Shown in pieces: positions 1 to 13,356 of a stretch of 64,000 bases of DNA. The stretch lies in assembly GCF_009914755.1 (NCBI RefSeq), contig NC_060930.1, one strand, 5' to 3'. The translations under genes and the position numbers were made by a program. The stretch comes from the human T2T-CHM13v2.0 reference genome, Homo sapiens. Position 1 is the stretch's first letter; every line of letters begins with the position of its first letter. The notes under the pieces are model-generated. The model made no database searches. It was not told where the DNA came from and was given only the letters and a program-made list of their open reading frames with translations.

Positions 1-565
1 TAATGGACATAAAACTAGCCAAGGATGCGACCATAGGAGTAGCCTGTCTGTTATTTCAACACTGGTGCCATCACAAATGGCCACTTACTGCAGCCAACAC
101 TGGACCTTGCTCCTCGTTATGGCACAGCACTTTCAATTCATCAGCAGGCACTAAAAATTATGTCAGACTGTGTTGAGGCTGTGGGTCACTAGCAGCAGAG
201 TTGAAGTCCTAAGTTAGAGCACAAGACTTGCCAGGTCTAGGAGTTGAGAAAGAGAACGTCTATGCACTTTGGCTTGGCTTCTTTAGTCAGTTTGGAATTC
301 TCTCAAATAAGAGAATAACCAGAAAACCCAAAATGACAAAGGTCAAGTATAGCATATTTTTTTCTTGCATCAATATATAAAGAGTTGTTATGTAAGTCAT
401 TGTCTTTTTCTTGTATTTTATACCTTCTTGTTAAAAACAAAAGATCTCTGGACCTGTGAATCTATGAATTGAACTTTTTTTGTATTTAAGTAATATTTAT
501 ACTATATTTGCTTATTGTTAATTTTCTTACTAGTAAATATTTTTCAAAGTAGACATTCAAAAGTG

Positions 566-1495
566 ATTTGCAAACTATGCATCTGACAAAGGTCTAATAT
601 CCAGAATCTATAAGGAACTTTTAAGAAATTAACAAGCCAGAAACAAACAATCCTATTAAAAAGTGGGCAAAAGACATGAACAGACAATTTTCAGAAGAAG
701 ACATACATATGGCCAACAAGCATATAAAAAATGCTCAATATCACTGATCATTAGAGAAATGCAAATCACAACCACAATGAGATACCATCTCACATCGGTC
801 AGAATGGCTATGACTAAAAAGTCAAAAAATAGCAGATGCTGGCAAGATTGCAGAGAAAAGAGAATGTTTATGCATTAGTGATGGGAATGTAAACTACTTT
901 AGCCATTGTGGAAACAGCATGGCGATTTCTCGAAGAATGTAAAACAGAATCACCTTTGGACCCAGTAATCCCATTACTGGGTATATACCCAAAGGAATAT
1001 AAATCATTCTACCATAAAGACACATGCACGTGTATGTTCATTGCCACACTATTCACAATAGCAAAGATATGGAAGCAATCTAAATGCCCATCAATAGTAG
1101 ACTGGATAAAGAAAATGTTGTACATAGACACCACGGTATAATATGCAGCCATAAAACAGAATTAAATAATGTCCTTTGCAGCAACATGGATGAAACTGGA
1201 GGCCATTATCCTAAACAAACTAATGCAGGAACAGAAAACCAAATACCACATGTTCTCACTTATAAGTGGGAGCTAAATATCGAGAACACATGGACAGAAA
1301 GAAGGGAGCAACAGACACTGGTGCCTACTTGAGGGTGGAGGGTGGGAGGAGGAAGAGAATCAAAAACTATCTGTTGGGTACTATGCTTATTAGCTGGGTG
1401 ATGAAATAATCTGTACTCCAACCCCCATGACATCAAATTTACCTAAATAACAAACCTGCACCTGTAACCCTCAGCCTAAAAGTTAGGGGAAAAAA
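566..1495 (+). mobile_element. LINE-1 3' fragment (end of ORF2 plus 3'UTR), older primate subfamily (L1PA13-16/L1PB-like)
   Basis: ORF2 C-terminal peptides (IIREMQITTTMRYHLT; PLLGIYPKEYKSFYHKDTCT) and 3'UTR 'gggtactatgcttattagctgggtgatgaaataatctgtac', ending in an A-rich tail. Confidence 0.92.
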
Positions 1496-2889
1496 CCCAA
1501 ACCCAACTGTTTATATGAAAAGATTTCTTCAAATATTTTGAGATAGTATTTTTTTGTAATATTCCTTTTCAACATTATGTTAAAAATTTGTAGTATAAAT
1601 GCATTTTTTTCTAAAACAAGCAACTACCAATAAGTAATCTTAGTGCTTAATAATTGCACTAATGAGTTAAATAAACTTTTAAGTGACTTTTGGTGCCTAA
1701 TTAAATTCTGGTGTAGCAATTTTGTGTTCAAATATAACATAGGGTTGTAATTTAGCATATAGCTTAGAAAATTAGATAAAATAATAATGATCCAATTTTT
1801 AAAGAAAGCATTTTTTACCATGTCAGATACACATTTTTTTACTCCTTATGCCTTCAAAAATGTAGTGAACAAATTTAAATTAACTAGTCTTTAAATGGTT
1901 TTATTGGAACACTTAATGTATTGGTTCATTGTAAGAATTAAATTTACATTTAATGGGAAAATATAGCTAGAAGTCCCAAATTCTATTTGGCTATTAGTGT
2001 TGTAAGTATAGTATCTTATAACCACCAAATAGATTTTAAAATATGTTTTCATTTACTTTTCTATTATTAATCTCATATTTAGGATAGAAATTTAGAAAAT
2101 CCAGAGAAGCAATGAGAATAAAAAAATTACTTAATGATTCTAGCTTTCAGAAATAGCACCTGTTGACGTTTTGATGTGTCAGCTTTTCCTGTGTCTGTGT
2201 CTATGTATGTACATGCATCTTTATGAGTGTGTGTTACTGTGTACATTACTTAACAATCAATTTTTTAAAAAACTGAGTTTGTAGAGCGATATGTTTGTGA
2301 AGCCACAAAGGGGTCTTGGACTGCAAACATATTCAAAAGATACATTGCAAATGCTGACTTTTGAATTTTAAAAGCTAATTTTTGAGTAGCTTTGCTTGGT
2401 CTAAGAATATACAAGTGAAATTTATAACAGGGCCTTCATGGCAAAACTCATTCCTGGGTCATTTTGAGGCTGTGTTCCTCAGCTACATTTTTCTGTTTCC
2501 TAAAGATCTTCAGATCCTCCTCCGTGATACCAAAATATCTGATTCTTGCAACACTGTGCCTCACCATTGTCGATACAATCTGTTGTAGTGAACTTATTTT
2601 TTCTTGTGTTCCTCAGGATTCTTAATCTCAGTTTCTTTTTCCTGAATCATAGACATTTAATTTTGGTTTCAAGTTAATTTTCCATCTGTTTTGTCTCAAT
2701 GACTCCTGAGTATATTCAGTGGTGAAAGCCCTGGATTGTTACATTTCACTCTTGATAACAATTTAGAATGGCAGATTATTTACCTGGTCTGGATTCCAGG
2801 TTTCTCATGATTAACATGAGGATTTTGATTGTATGCTTTCTGAGTTCTTTTACAGATTTAACGCAGAATGTTGGTATGTCTATAAAAGT

Positions 2890-3020
2890 AGTATGGAAGA
2901 GTGGAAAGAACATGGGCTCTGCATCGAAGAGAAAAGTTGAGGGCAAATCTGGGAGCTCTGTGACTTTGGGCATGCTGCTTAATGTTTCCAAGCTTGTATT
3001 CTCTTACATGTAAAAAGGAA
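2890..3020 (+). mobile_element. MIR SINE fragment
   Basis: Degenerate MIR core 'gtggaaagaacatgggctctg...ctgtgactttgggcatgctgcttaa...catgtaaaa'. Confidence 0.55.
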
Positions 3021-3248
3021 ATATAGAAGAGATTATTGTACTTGGCTACATGTAACAGAAATATGACTACACTGGCATAAACAAACAAGGGGTTTATTTT
3101 TCTCTCTTATTGAGAAGTCTGGAGATAGGTAGTTCAGAGCTGGTTTGTTTGTCTGTTCCTTCATATTAACTTTATACTGGGTTTCTTCCACTTATTTCCT
3201 CCACCATCCTTGTATTGTTTTCATTTTTACGATCCTACCACCAAGCGT

Positions 3249-4245
3249 TGTAGGGAAAAGAGAGAGATCAGACTGTTACTGTGTCTGTGTAGAAAGGGAA
3301 GACAGACTCCATTTTGAAAAAGACCTGTACTTTTAACAATTGCTTTGCTGAGATGTTGTTAATTTGTAGCTTTGCCCCAGCCACTTTGACCCAACCTGGA
3401 GCTCACAAAAACATGTGTTGTATGAAATCAAGGTTTAAGGGATCTAGGGCTGTGCAGGACGTGCCTTGTTAACAAAATGTTTACAAGCAGTATACTTGGT
3501 AAAAGTCATCGCCATTCTCTAGTCTGAATAAACCAGGGGCACAATGCGCTGTGGAAAGCCGCAGGGACCTCTGCCTTGGAAGCAGGGTATTGTCCAAGGT
3601 TTCTCCCCATGTGATAGTCTGAAATATGGCGGAAAGGCCTGACTGTCCCCCAGCCCAACACCCGTAAAGGGTCTGTGCTGAGGTGGATTAGTAAAAGAGG
3701 AAAGCCTCTTGCAGTTGAGATAGAGGAAGGCCACTGTCTCCTGCCTGCCCCTGGGAACTGAATGTCTCGGTATAAAACCCGATTGAACATTTGTTCAATT
3801 CTGAGATAGGAGAAAAACCGCCCTATGGTGGGAGGTGAGACATGTTTGCAGTAATGCTGCCTTGTTATTCTTTACTCCACTGAGATGTTTGGGTGGAGAG
3901 AAACATAAATCTGGCTTACATGCACATCCAGTCGTAGTACATTCCCTTGAACTTAATTATGACATAGATTCTTTTGCTCACATGTTTTTTGCTGACCTTC
4001 TCCTTATTATCACCCTGCTCTCCTACTACATTCCTTTTTGCTGAAATAATGAAAATAATAATCAATAAAAACTGAGGGAACTCAGAGGCCGGTGCTGGTG
4101 CAGGTCCTTGGTATGCTGAGCGCCGGTCCCCTGGGCCCACTGTTCTTTCTCTATACTTTGTCTCTGTGTCTTATTTCTTTTCCCAGTCTCTTGTCCCACT
4201 TGACTAGAAATACCCACAGGTGTGGAGGGGCAAGCCACCCCTTCA
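3249..4245 (+). mobile_element. HERV-K(HML-2) solo LTR, LTR5A-like
   Basis: Starts TGTAGGGAAAAGAGAGAGATCAGACTGTTACTGTG and ends CCACCCCTTCA (997 bp). Internal TATAAAA (3771-3777) and AATAAA. 5-bp TSD AGCGT (3244-3248) / AGTGT (4246-4250) differing by one CpG transition. No internal sequence. Confidence 0.95.
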
Positions 4246-4315
4246 AGTGTAGTATCCATGTTCTAGACAAGAAGGATGGAACTTCAAAGGAGCATGAGAG
4301 CCTGTGAGGAAATCA

Positions 4316-4760
4316 GTTTTTCAACCACTGACTCCCTCCTACCTTGCCCCTCTGGTAGTCCCCAGTGTCTGCTGTTCTCATCTTTATGTCCATGTGTACT
4401 CAATATTTAGCTCCCACTTATAAGTGAGAACATGCAATATTTGGTTTTCTGTTCCTGCATTAATTCACTTCAGATAATGGCATCCAACTGCATATATGTT
4501 GCTGTAAAGAACATGGTTTTGTTCTTTTTTATGGCTGCATGGTATTCCATGGTGTATATGTACACATTTTCCTTATCCAATCCACCATCGATGGTCATCT
4601 AGGTTGATTTCATATCTTTGCTATTGAGAATAGTGCTGCAGTGAGCATATGCCTGCATGTCTTTTTGGTGGACTGATTTATTTTCCTTTGGGCATACACC
4701 TAGTAATGGAATTGCCGGGTCAAATGGTGGTTCTGCCTTAAGTTCTTTGAGAAATCTCCA
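4316..4760 (-). mobile_element. LINE-1 3' fragment, antisense
   Basis: Reverse complement of the L1 ORF2 end/3'UTR ('ttagctcccacttataagtgagaacatgcaatatttggttttctgttcc'). Confidence 0.9.
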
Positions 4761-5135
4761 ATTAATGCCTCACTTAAAAAGCACACAGTGGCAAGCTGGA
4801 TAAAAAAGCAAGACCCATCCATCTGCTGTCTTCAAGAGACCAATCTCATATGTAATGACACTCATAGACTCAAAGTAAAGGGTTAGAGAACGATCTGTCA
4901 TGCACACAGAAAACAAAAAGAGAAGGGGTCACAATTCTTATATCAGATAAAATAGATTTTAAACCAACAGCAGTTAAACATGACAAAGAAGGGCACTATA
5001 CAACGATAAAGGTTTCAATTCAACAGGATGATTTAACTATCCTAAATATATACACACCCAACATTGGGGCACCCAGATTCATAAAAAAAGTACTTCTAGA
5101 CCTATAAAAAACTTAAACAGCCACACAATATAGTA
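4761..5135 (+). mobile_element. LINE-1 ORF2 endonuclease-domain fragment, inverted relative to the adjacent fragment
   Basis: 'ggataaaaaagcaagacccatccatctgctgtcttcaagagac...gacaaagaagggcactatac...gcacccagattcataaaa' aligns to the EN region seen at ~53900-54250. Confidence 0.88.
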
Positions 5136-5904
5136 GTAGAATATTGTGAACAGGTTGCTGTGAAACTGGGCAGAGGCCAGGTCCATTATGTTGGTTGAGA
5201 AAGGGAAGATTTGATGCTTAGTGGGAGGTCAGCAGAATGAGGAGACTAGGAGGAACCAAAAGAGGGCAAGTTAGGGTTAGGAAGAGCAAACACAGTAGAG
5301 AACCTAGGCCTGTCTCCTTTCAATGCGCTGATGTTCAATACTAACACTATAGCACTTCATTGTCATTACCCAGGATTTATAGAATAGAAAGTAATGCCTG
5401 ACTTAAATCCAATTTAAATTTTGAAAGGACTCTGATATTTGACAGGAGCTGTGAATCATAGCTCCATGAAATACTTTCAGTGATATTTCAGATATTAGTA
5501 ATACCTCAGAATTCCTTAGAGCCTTAATCCATGCTCCCATGCCTCTACCACTGCCATTAAATACTATGAAGGTGGGAATGTTTTATAGTTCCATGTATGT
5601 CTTTATTAATAATCAGAATGGTACCCTTTTGACTACTTGAATGTTCCCATTTAAGAAGATTTTCTCCAGGCTGATTGAAATAGGAAGATGTAGTTTCTTC
5701 TGTTTAGACTGTTAAATTTTTTACCTGTAATTCAGTGTGCCACATTAGCATTAATTTGCATGGTCAGGGAGTGGGAGCAATATTGAGTCATCATGTAATT
5801 ATTCGGTGAAATTACACTTTCTTCTATAAATCAGCTCCCTTGAAAGGTTTAGATTTGATCTGTAATTCATTTTTTTTTAGTCTTTGAAAATTCTCCTTTA
5901 AATT

Positions 5905-6140
5905 TATTTAGCAAACACTTATTTGCCTATAAAGGCATTCTATAAATACTGACAGAGCTAATCCTTACTATAACCCAGTGAATTAGGTATTATTATTGTC
6001 CCCACTTAACAGTGGAGGAAACTGTGGTGGGGAGGATGAGCTCTTGAGCAACCTGCCCAAGACCACACAGCTAGTAAGTGTCAGAACTGGCATTTAGACC
6101 AAGCAGTCTGGCTCCATGAGTCAAACTCTAACCCACTGTT
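5905..6140 (-). mobile_element. MIR SINE
   Basis: Reverse MIR core 'gaggaaactg...acctgcccaagaccacacagctagtaagtg...cagtctggctcc'. Confidence 0.8.
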
Positions 6141-6889
6141 CCAGGCCTACAACTAGACTGCTTCACAATCTTTATTCTTAGATGTCTTTTGTCTTAAGTT
6201 CCTGTGCATTCTGGAGTTTTAATATATAATATTTTGGTAGTACTTTAGCTGTAGTCAATTTAGTTTTTTACACAATAGATTCATGATTTGTGGCATTAAA
6301 TTGATCAGGTGTTAGACTTTCATTCATTTAAATAGCAAGATTTTCACTTCACTTTCCAAAGGTAAGTATAGACATAGTCCCAGAAGCTTTCAGAAAAATC
6401 ATCACCACTAAAAGCGTTAAACATTTGGATACAAAACAGAATTCTGAAGAGATTACAATGGCAAGCAATAAGGTACTCTACATGGTTAATGTATCAATCA
6501 TTTTGTGCCATAGTGCAAAAGTCTTCCTATGCAAGGAAATTTTTAAAAAATTGCGTAGTGTTAGATAATACTCCAGTTTTTATTTTTAGTGAGTTGGCTA
6601 TTCCTATGACATTTCAAATATTACTCCTAGGGCCACTAGAAAAACCCAAGAGAACTGAATGAGCCAGGAATGAGAATAAAAAAAGCAGAAGCTAAATAAA
6701 ATTACATAAATACATATATATGTGGCATGCAGCCTAACAGAATCATGCTTTGATTTGGGGTACTCTGTGAAAAAAGGATGGTGCTTTTTCATTTTACATG
6801 AAGATGAGCCCCCATTTGCATTTAGAGGAGTGGCAGGGCATGGTGAAACTGGTGCTTACTGGCTTAAAGGAGAGATAATTGTTTCCATT

Positions 6890-7040
6890 TTTTCCCAATT
6901 CCGCATTCAGAGGCTCATGTTGTAGCTTGACACTGGCTGTGGTAGGAGTATTTACACCATGGGAATCAGCAAACAGTGGAAATCAGGGCCTTTTCTTTTT
7001 ACCCAGAGACTGTTGTCAAACATTTACCAACACACCACTG
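6890..7040. mobile_element. hAT DNA transposon fragment (MER63-like)
   Basis: Ends in the terminus 'tgtcaaacatttaccaacacaccactg'; similar to the element at 43183-43378. Confidence 0.55.
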
Positions 7041-9249
7041 GATGCTTGGACACATAATGAATACATGGTATTTTAAAAATTCCCTCTAATAGTTTTAAAA
7101 GAAACAGAAAATAGAGATAAATATAACTCTCTAGCTTAGCTTCATTTATTTCACACTTTGTGTGTGTGGGGGCGGGGGTGCGGAGATTGAAAGCCTATTT
7201 TAAGATGAAGGTAATCAGTCCTAAGAACCTGAAATTCACCACTGAACCCTGTAACCAGACCTCTCAAAACACAATCTCTATCAGTCTTGGAAAGCTTTGT
7301 CAGGAAGCGAGTGCTTATTGGGTTTTCATTTCCATTTTTTCACCAGACATTTACAATGAAAAATTACTTCCTACTGAGTATCCATTAGCCCCCAGCACCA
7401 ATGCTAATGAGCAAACTGCAGTGAGCTGGAGAGCAAATGGATATGAGTCACCAAATACACTTAGCGGGCACTTCCTGCTCAGCCTCCTGCGTCACTGCAG
7501 AGATACTTGTTCCTTAGCAGCCTGGGTCAAAGTCACAGTCACACAATTGTACGTTGCTGGGAGAGATGCTGATCTGAAGACGTGCACTGATTTGTACTTA
7601 TGAAATCTGCGCACATACATTCCCTTTCTGGGGGTTTACATTCAGGTTGAAATACTTGCTCTTAAATGAATATTACACTAAAAGCACTCTTTTAATACAT
7701 ATTGCTTTATCAAGACCAGAAAGCCCAACAAAAAGGATTGAGAGAAAGCCTGCTTTTCTGTCCAAATGTAAATAAACATGCCCTTGGGAGTCAGGTAATG
7801 ACAAGAACCACTAAGCAGCCAAAAGTAGGGAAACATTGAATGCTGCCCCATGGGAGCCTGGCTCTGTGTGGTTTTGTTAGTTTATTTTTGTTTTGTACCT
7901 TCCTAATCATAGATGCTACAAATGGGAAAAGGGAGAAGTTTGTGGCTTCAAGGCTTTCCTGGGAATGCTTCACAGCATCAAATAAATAGTCAAAAGCAGC
8001 AGATGGAAGACAGAATGATTTCTGATTAGCCCCTGGGAAGGAGGTGACGCACTTTGTGTACGTGGGCTACTGATGGGAACAATGTTAATTTCAAGTTTAT
8101 GTTGCTTAACAAATGATGCTGATGCCTTGATGAGTGGCTAAGAGTTCACTGAAGGACATTTTTATTTTTAAGAATGATTTTTGTCAACCAGTAGAAGGTG
8201 AACATAATGAGGCAAAACTTTGGTTCAGTGGGAACTCTCTCAATGCTCGAGTTTAATGAATTAATTTATATTCTGCTTAGTCCCCACAATTATTTAAGAC
8301 ACTCTATGAAAGAGTATGTGATACAACCAAGTAAGCAAAAGAGGAAATAATAATGAAAAAACAACAAATTTACGATGAGGTTAGTTCACAGTTTGCATGA
8401 CTGAGGTTTCCTTTACAGATCCTAGTGGTAGGCCATAGATTTGGCTTTGAGCTTTTAGGTAATAAAGGTAGAGAGGACAATATGATTAATTATTGGTTCA
8501 GTGTCTATAGGACGAAAACAAATCAGTTGCTCAGGAGAATCACTGCTATTTTACACTGTGTAGTGAGAAAAATTTGACTGAAAAAGCCAGTAAACCTTTA
8601 CAAGTTGGGAGGATCACTGAGTGATAGGTATTTGGGTCTGATGGACATCATTTTTAATTAATTTCTTGAAGAACGTTACATTTAAAAATTTAACAACATT
8701 TTAGTATTAAAAGTGCCAAAAATTAGAATTCAAATACCTATCAAAGAAAAAAAGGGGAGTGGGTCTAAATGGAAAACATTTTAAATGTTTAGCAGTTAAT
8801 GGAAATAAACTTTCTATTTTTATGGTAGTAAAATGATATATCAATCTAAATTAAGTAGTAGAAAAAATTACTAAATAGTGCAAAGACAGGCAGGCCTTAG
8901 AAGCAGGTCTTTTAATATTGTGAAACCTCTCTGGCAATTGCAACTGTGGGCATTCAGAAGAATCAAAACAAAGGGACATTGAACCACAGCTCTTTTCACA
9001 GTTTCTATGAAACTTTCAAGTAGCAGGGTAAAATTGCAGACTCTTCACATTTTTTTGACAGACGATTTTATGTTACAGATAATAAAAAATAAAACTGCTT
9101 CTGAAAAGTGTTTTCAGCCTAGATGGCATATGAAATAATTAGTTTATTAACTTTCTAAGCACTTTTATAAAATATTATTAAAAACTAAAGCAACAGAAAA
9201 ACATTCAAATATGAACATATAATTTACATTTTTAAAAGATGGAGTAGGC

Positions 9250-9678
9250 TTATAAATAATATAAAGGATATGCCTTATTCATAATCAAATAATGCAAATA
9301 AAACTGAGTTTTTCAAATTTATCTGATGAGTGAAATTCTTAAGCTTGTTTATGTGCAATACTGATGAAGCTTAAGGGAAAAGTCATGCTTATTCTAATTG
9401 GGAATAGGATTTAGAGTAAATATTTTGGAGAAAAATTCAAACATTCAGAAGTTTTTAAATACACATATTCTTTAATCCAATAACTTGTATTTCTAAAATT
9501 TTACTGTATGAACATATTGTCTATGTTCATCAAGATCTGGTACAAGAATGTTCATTGCATGGTTTCTTGTAATAGAAAAAATAGAAAAAAAATCTGAGGT
9601 TATATCTCAAAAGCAATGGTGAAACAATGTTTGATGCGTCCAATTATGTATTTATATGCAGCCAATGAAAAGAATGGT
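9250..9678 (+). mobile_element. Old L1M 3' fragment
   Basis: Degenerate L1 3' motifs ('caagaatgttcattgcatggtttcttgtaatagaaaaaa', 'tatgcagccaatgaaaagaatg'). Confidence 0.5.
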
Positions 9679-10034
9679 CTCTATATATACCATATATATA
9701 TATACACACACCATATATATATACACCATATATATACCATATATATACACCATATATATATACCATATATATACTATATATACCATATATATACACCATA
9801 TATATACCATATATATACTATATATACCATATATATACTATATATATACCATATATAGTATATATATACCATATATATACACTATATATATACCATATAT
9901 ACTATATATATACCATATATATACTATATATATACCATATATAGTATATATATACCATATATATACACACCATATATATACACCATATATATATACACCA
10001 TATATATATATACACCATATATATATATATATAT
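9679..10034. repeat. Compound AT-rich minisatellite (TATATATACCA / TATATATACTA / TATATACACCA units)
   Basis: About 355 bp of directly visible irregular tandem units. Confidence 0.97.
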
Positions 10035-11844
10035 GCTATTGTAGAAGGAACTCCAAGATCTATTAGTTAGTAAGTTGGGAAGAGAAACAAATCATGGTAT
10101 AGTGTATTTTCTGAAAATAAAAGAGCAACAGAGACAGATGTGGTTAGACAGAAAGGACATATAAGATTCGTGTTTGGGATGGTGAAAGAGTGGATGGCAC
10201 AGGCAGGCTCTGAATGGACTGAGTTTGGAATCATAAGCAAACATTTCTGTGGTCATTCACATGCGTGATAATAGAAGGGAAAAGAATACAGGAACAAGTC
10301 ATATCTGTGAATCATCTGTATCACTTATACTTGAGGTAAATCTCAAAATAATATTTATATGGTCCATCTCTTCCACTCCACCTCAGCCCTGCCCTTGCCA
10401 GTCATATGATTCAGAATCTCTGGGGCCCAGGGCTCAGAGATTGGCACTTATCACAAGCTTCCCCAGTACTCTTGGCCTCACAATTTCTGAAAACCAATAG
10501 GGCAACTCTCAGTTTTGGGATGTGGAGAAACTGTAGCTGGAACCTCTTGATCTTTCTTCCTCCTAGCTGCACTTTCCTCTCTTGGTCAAAGTATGGTCAA
10601 CCTCTTCCATCCCTCCTGTGTAAAAGGAACACTCTTTGCCAAGGTACTCCTAATCACCACCTGTTCTTGATCAATACCTCCCTCTCTCCTTCCCCGGTCC
10701 ACACCTTTCAAAGCCAACATAAAGAACTAATAGGTCATTTTTGTGGGCCTAAATGTGTGGTTGAATCCATCTTTCAAATAGTCTGAAAGTATTTATCCTC
10801 CATAGGATAAAGAACATTACTATCTCTAGCTCTTGATCTTTACATCCTTCATTCTCCACTTCAGAGCTAGGTTACCTTCCTTTTGATCTCACTAGGAAAG
10901 TCTCTGGAGAATAATCCTAATGGGGTTGGCTTGGCCAGCTGCCTATACATCACACTTTCAACATTTGGCCTGAAATTTAGAGTCATGAAATAAGTCAGAC
11001 TTTTGGCCATCTGTCTTTGTACTTCTGGACCATTCTTGGTGAAAGGAAAATTATTATAACCAATGCACTCAGATAATTTTCATTTAAAATATTTTGTGTC
11101 TGAAGTATCTAACATCTTTAGCCTCTGTAATTGGAACATTGCCTGACAACTTAGTCATTCAATAAATTCTAGTGGGATGAGTTTCATTTAACAGATACTT
11201 ATTGAGTGAGTACTATCTGTATTAGGTTCTGGAGATAAGGAATAAGACAACACACTCATTCCTGGAACCCATATATTTTGTAAGAGATAAATGGATGAAT
11301 ATGTTGGATTTATATAAAGAAACCAGTAACTTCCATGGAAACTTGATTTGTGGATGATTTAGATTGCACAATTGTGATCAATCACCCAAAATCATAACTG
11401 ACCCTTTTCTAGATCACATAATGACGGTGGTATTATTCAAAATGTAGATCTTCTGTGAGAGACTTCTGTGATACTGTTTACTAATTTTCACAAAGTGCTT
11501 GTTCAAGTAAAACAAATCTTGTCATGCTTAAAGCACAGTCATTAAATAAATTGAACTGAAGTTGCTTTTCCTCCTAAAATAAATGTATATATATATTATT
11601 AAGAACCCACAATTTAAGGGGGGTACATAATGTTTTTTAAAAATCATTGCTTCCAACTGTGCTCTATTATATTATTTACTTCCAATCCTTTAATTAAACA
11701 ATAGCAGATTCCATACTTTTTAAAATTACTTTTAATTCTTAGGAATCCATCCATTCCAGTTCAAACATCAATTTCAAATTAAATGAAATATTTTCCTCTG
11801 TTTTGTTACTGGTTACACATATGTCTGAAGGCAGTCTATTTGGA

Positions 11845-12240
11845 CACTCTGCAGAGACAAAATGGATCCTCACCAAAAATCTGATTCATATGTCCAGAAT
11901 AATGATAGCACACATGTACCACAAGTTATAAAAAGCTTAACTGCTTATATCATGAGGCTTTATAGGGACAGCAGTAAAACTCCCAAGGATGTTAAAAAAT
12001 GACTTGAGAGATCTGGGAAAGGAGACTGGCTTGGGGTGCTTACTGGGTTTAGAGTGTAGGGCCAGTTGAGGGTTCACAGGAAGACAGAGACTTACCTGGT
12101 TTCAACTTCCTGCAGGTAGCAAATGAGAGAGAACCCAGGCTTTCTTTGCTCGACAATTGTAGGGCAGAAGGGAAAGAGGAGTGGGTGGGATTGACAGCTG
12201 TCGGTAGTCAAACATTAGAAATTGAGTCAGAGTTCATTAG
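11845..12240 (-). mobile_element. Probable old ERV LTR (ERVL/ERV1 MER-type)
   Basis: Reverse strand begins 'taatgaactctgactcaatttctaatgtttgactaccgacagctg', resembling old LTR 5' ends; family uncertain. Confidence 0.4.
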
Positions 12241-12538
12241 AGTCAAAACAAGCTTCCCCCTCTCCCCCACTCCCACACCCAGCCGCCTTTTTTTTGTATC
12301 TGCTTCTTCATTTGGGAGGAAACGCAAAGAGAAAAATATTAGCTAATTATTACAAAGCATCAATACTCATTATAAACCAGTCACAGTTTTTCTTTTGTAT
12401 GATTGCACAGTTGTATATTATGTAGATATATTTTACTAAAGTAGTAGATATTTTACTTGATTCATACAGGATGTGGTGGCAGATGAGAAGATCAGTCTCT
12501 GAAAGATTTAAAATCATGCTCCACGCTCCACATTCCAC

Positions 12539-13231
12539 AGTCTTTCTGCTCCAGGTGTGGCTGGTGTACCAGCAGCATCAACACCTGGGAGCTTGTTAGG
12601 AATTGTAGGCTCTCAGGCCCACCCCAGGCCTACTAAATTGGAATCTGCATTTTACCGAGTTTCCCACAATAAAGCTATCCTTTAGTCCTGTAAGCAGTTC
12701 CACATGGAAAGTGTATTTTCCACACAAATAGCTGTTTGATAAAATTCAGCTTTAAAACTAAACTAACCTCTCAATTGGTTCTGAATTCAGAAAAGCAACT
12801 GGATTTTAATTTTTTTATCTGATACCAAAACAGGTTTTAACTAAAATTTTCAGTTATCAACTCATTATTTGAGTGTCATGGCTAGTCTTTCTGCTCCAGG
12901 TGTGGCTGGTGTACCAGCAGCATCAACACCTGGGAGCTTGTTAGGAATTGTAGACTCTCAGGCCCACTGCAGGCCTACTAAATTGGAATCTGCATTTTAC
13001 CGAGTTTCCCACAATAAAGCTGTCCTTTAGTCCTGCAAGTAGTTCCACATGGAAAGTGTATTTTCCACACAAATAGCTGTTTGATAAAATTCAGCTTTAA
13101 AAATAAACTAACCTCTCAATTGGTTCTGAATTCAGAAAAGCAACCAGATTTTAATTTTTTTATCTGATACCAAAACAGGTTTTAACTAAAATTTTCAGTT
13201 ATCAACTCATTATTTGAGTGTCATGGCTAGT
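12539..13231. repeat. 345-bp tandem duplication (2 copies, about 9 substitutions); each copy begins with a MER5A fragment
   Basis: Copy 1 is 12539-12883 and copy 2 is 12884-13228, with AGT microhomology (13229-13231). MER5A-like 'cagcagcatcaacacctgggagcttgttagg...gaatctgcatttta' occurs in each. Confidence 0.97.
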
Positions 13232-13356
13232 ATACAGGAAGGCATTAATATTTTTGAGATGAAAATGTCACGTTATGCAAAGTTTTTTTTTTTAAATCTT
13301 GTCCAGATGCTTAGACTATGACCCTTGACAAAACATATACAACAAAAGCATATGTT

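Noticed and set aside
7160-7603. 147-aa ORF
   Set aside because: GTG start in a TG run, no recognisable domain, no clear splice context; consistent with chance
9616-10066. Tyr/Ile/His-rich ORFs (80 and 136 aa)
   Set aside because: Translation of the TA minisatellite
12539-13231. Direct repeats considered as an LTR pair or CRISPR-like array
   Set aside because: Copies are directly adjacent with no spacer, no TG...CA ends and no PBS; eukaryotic context
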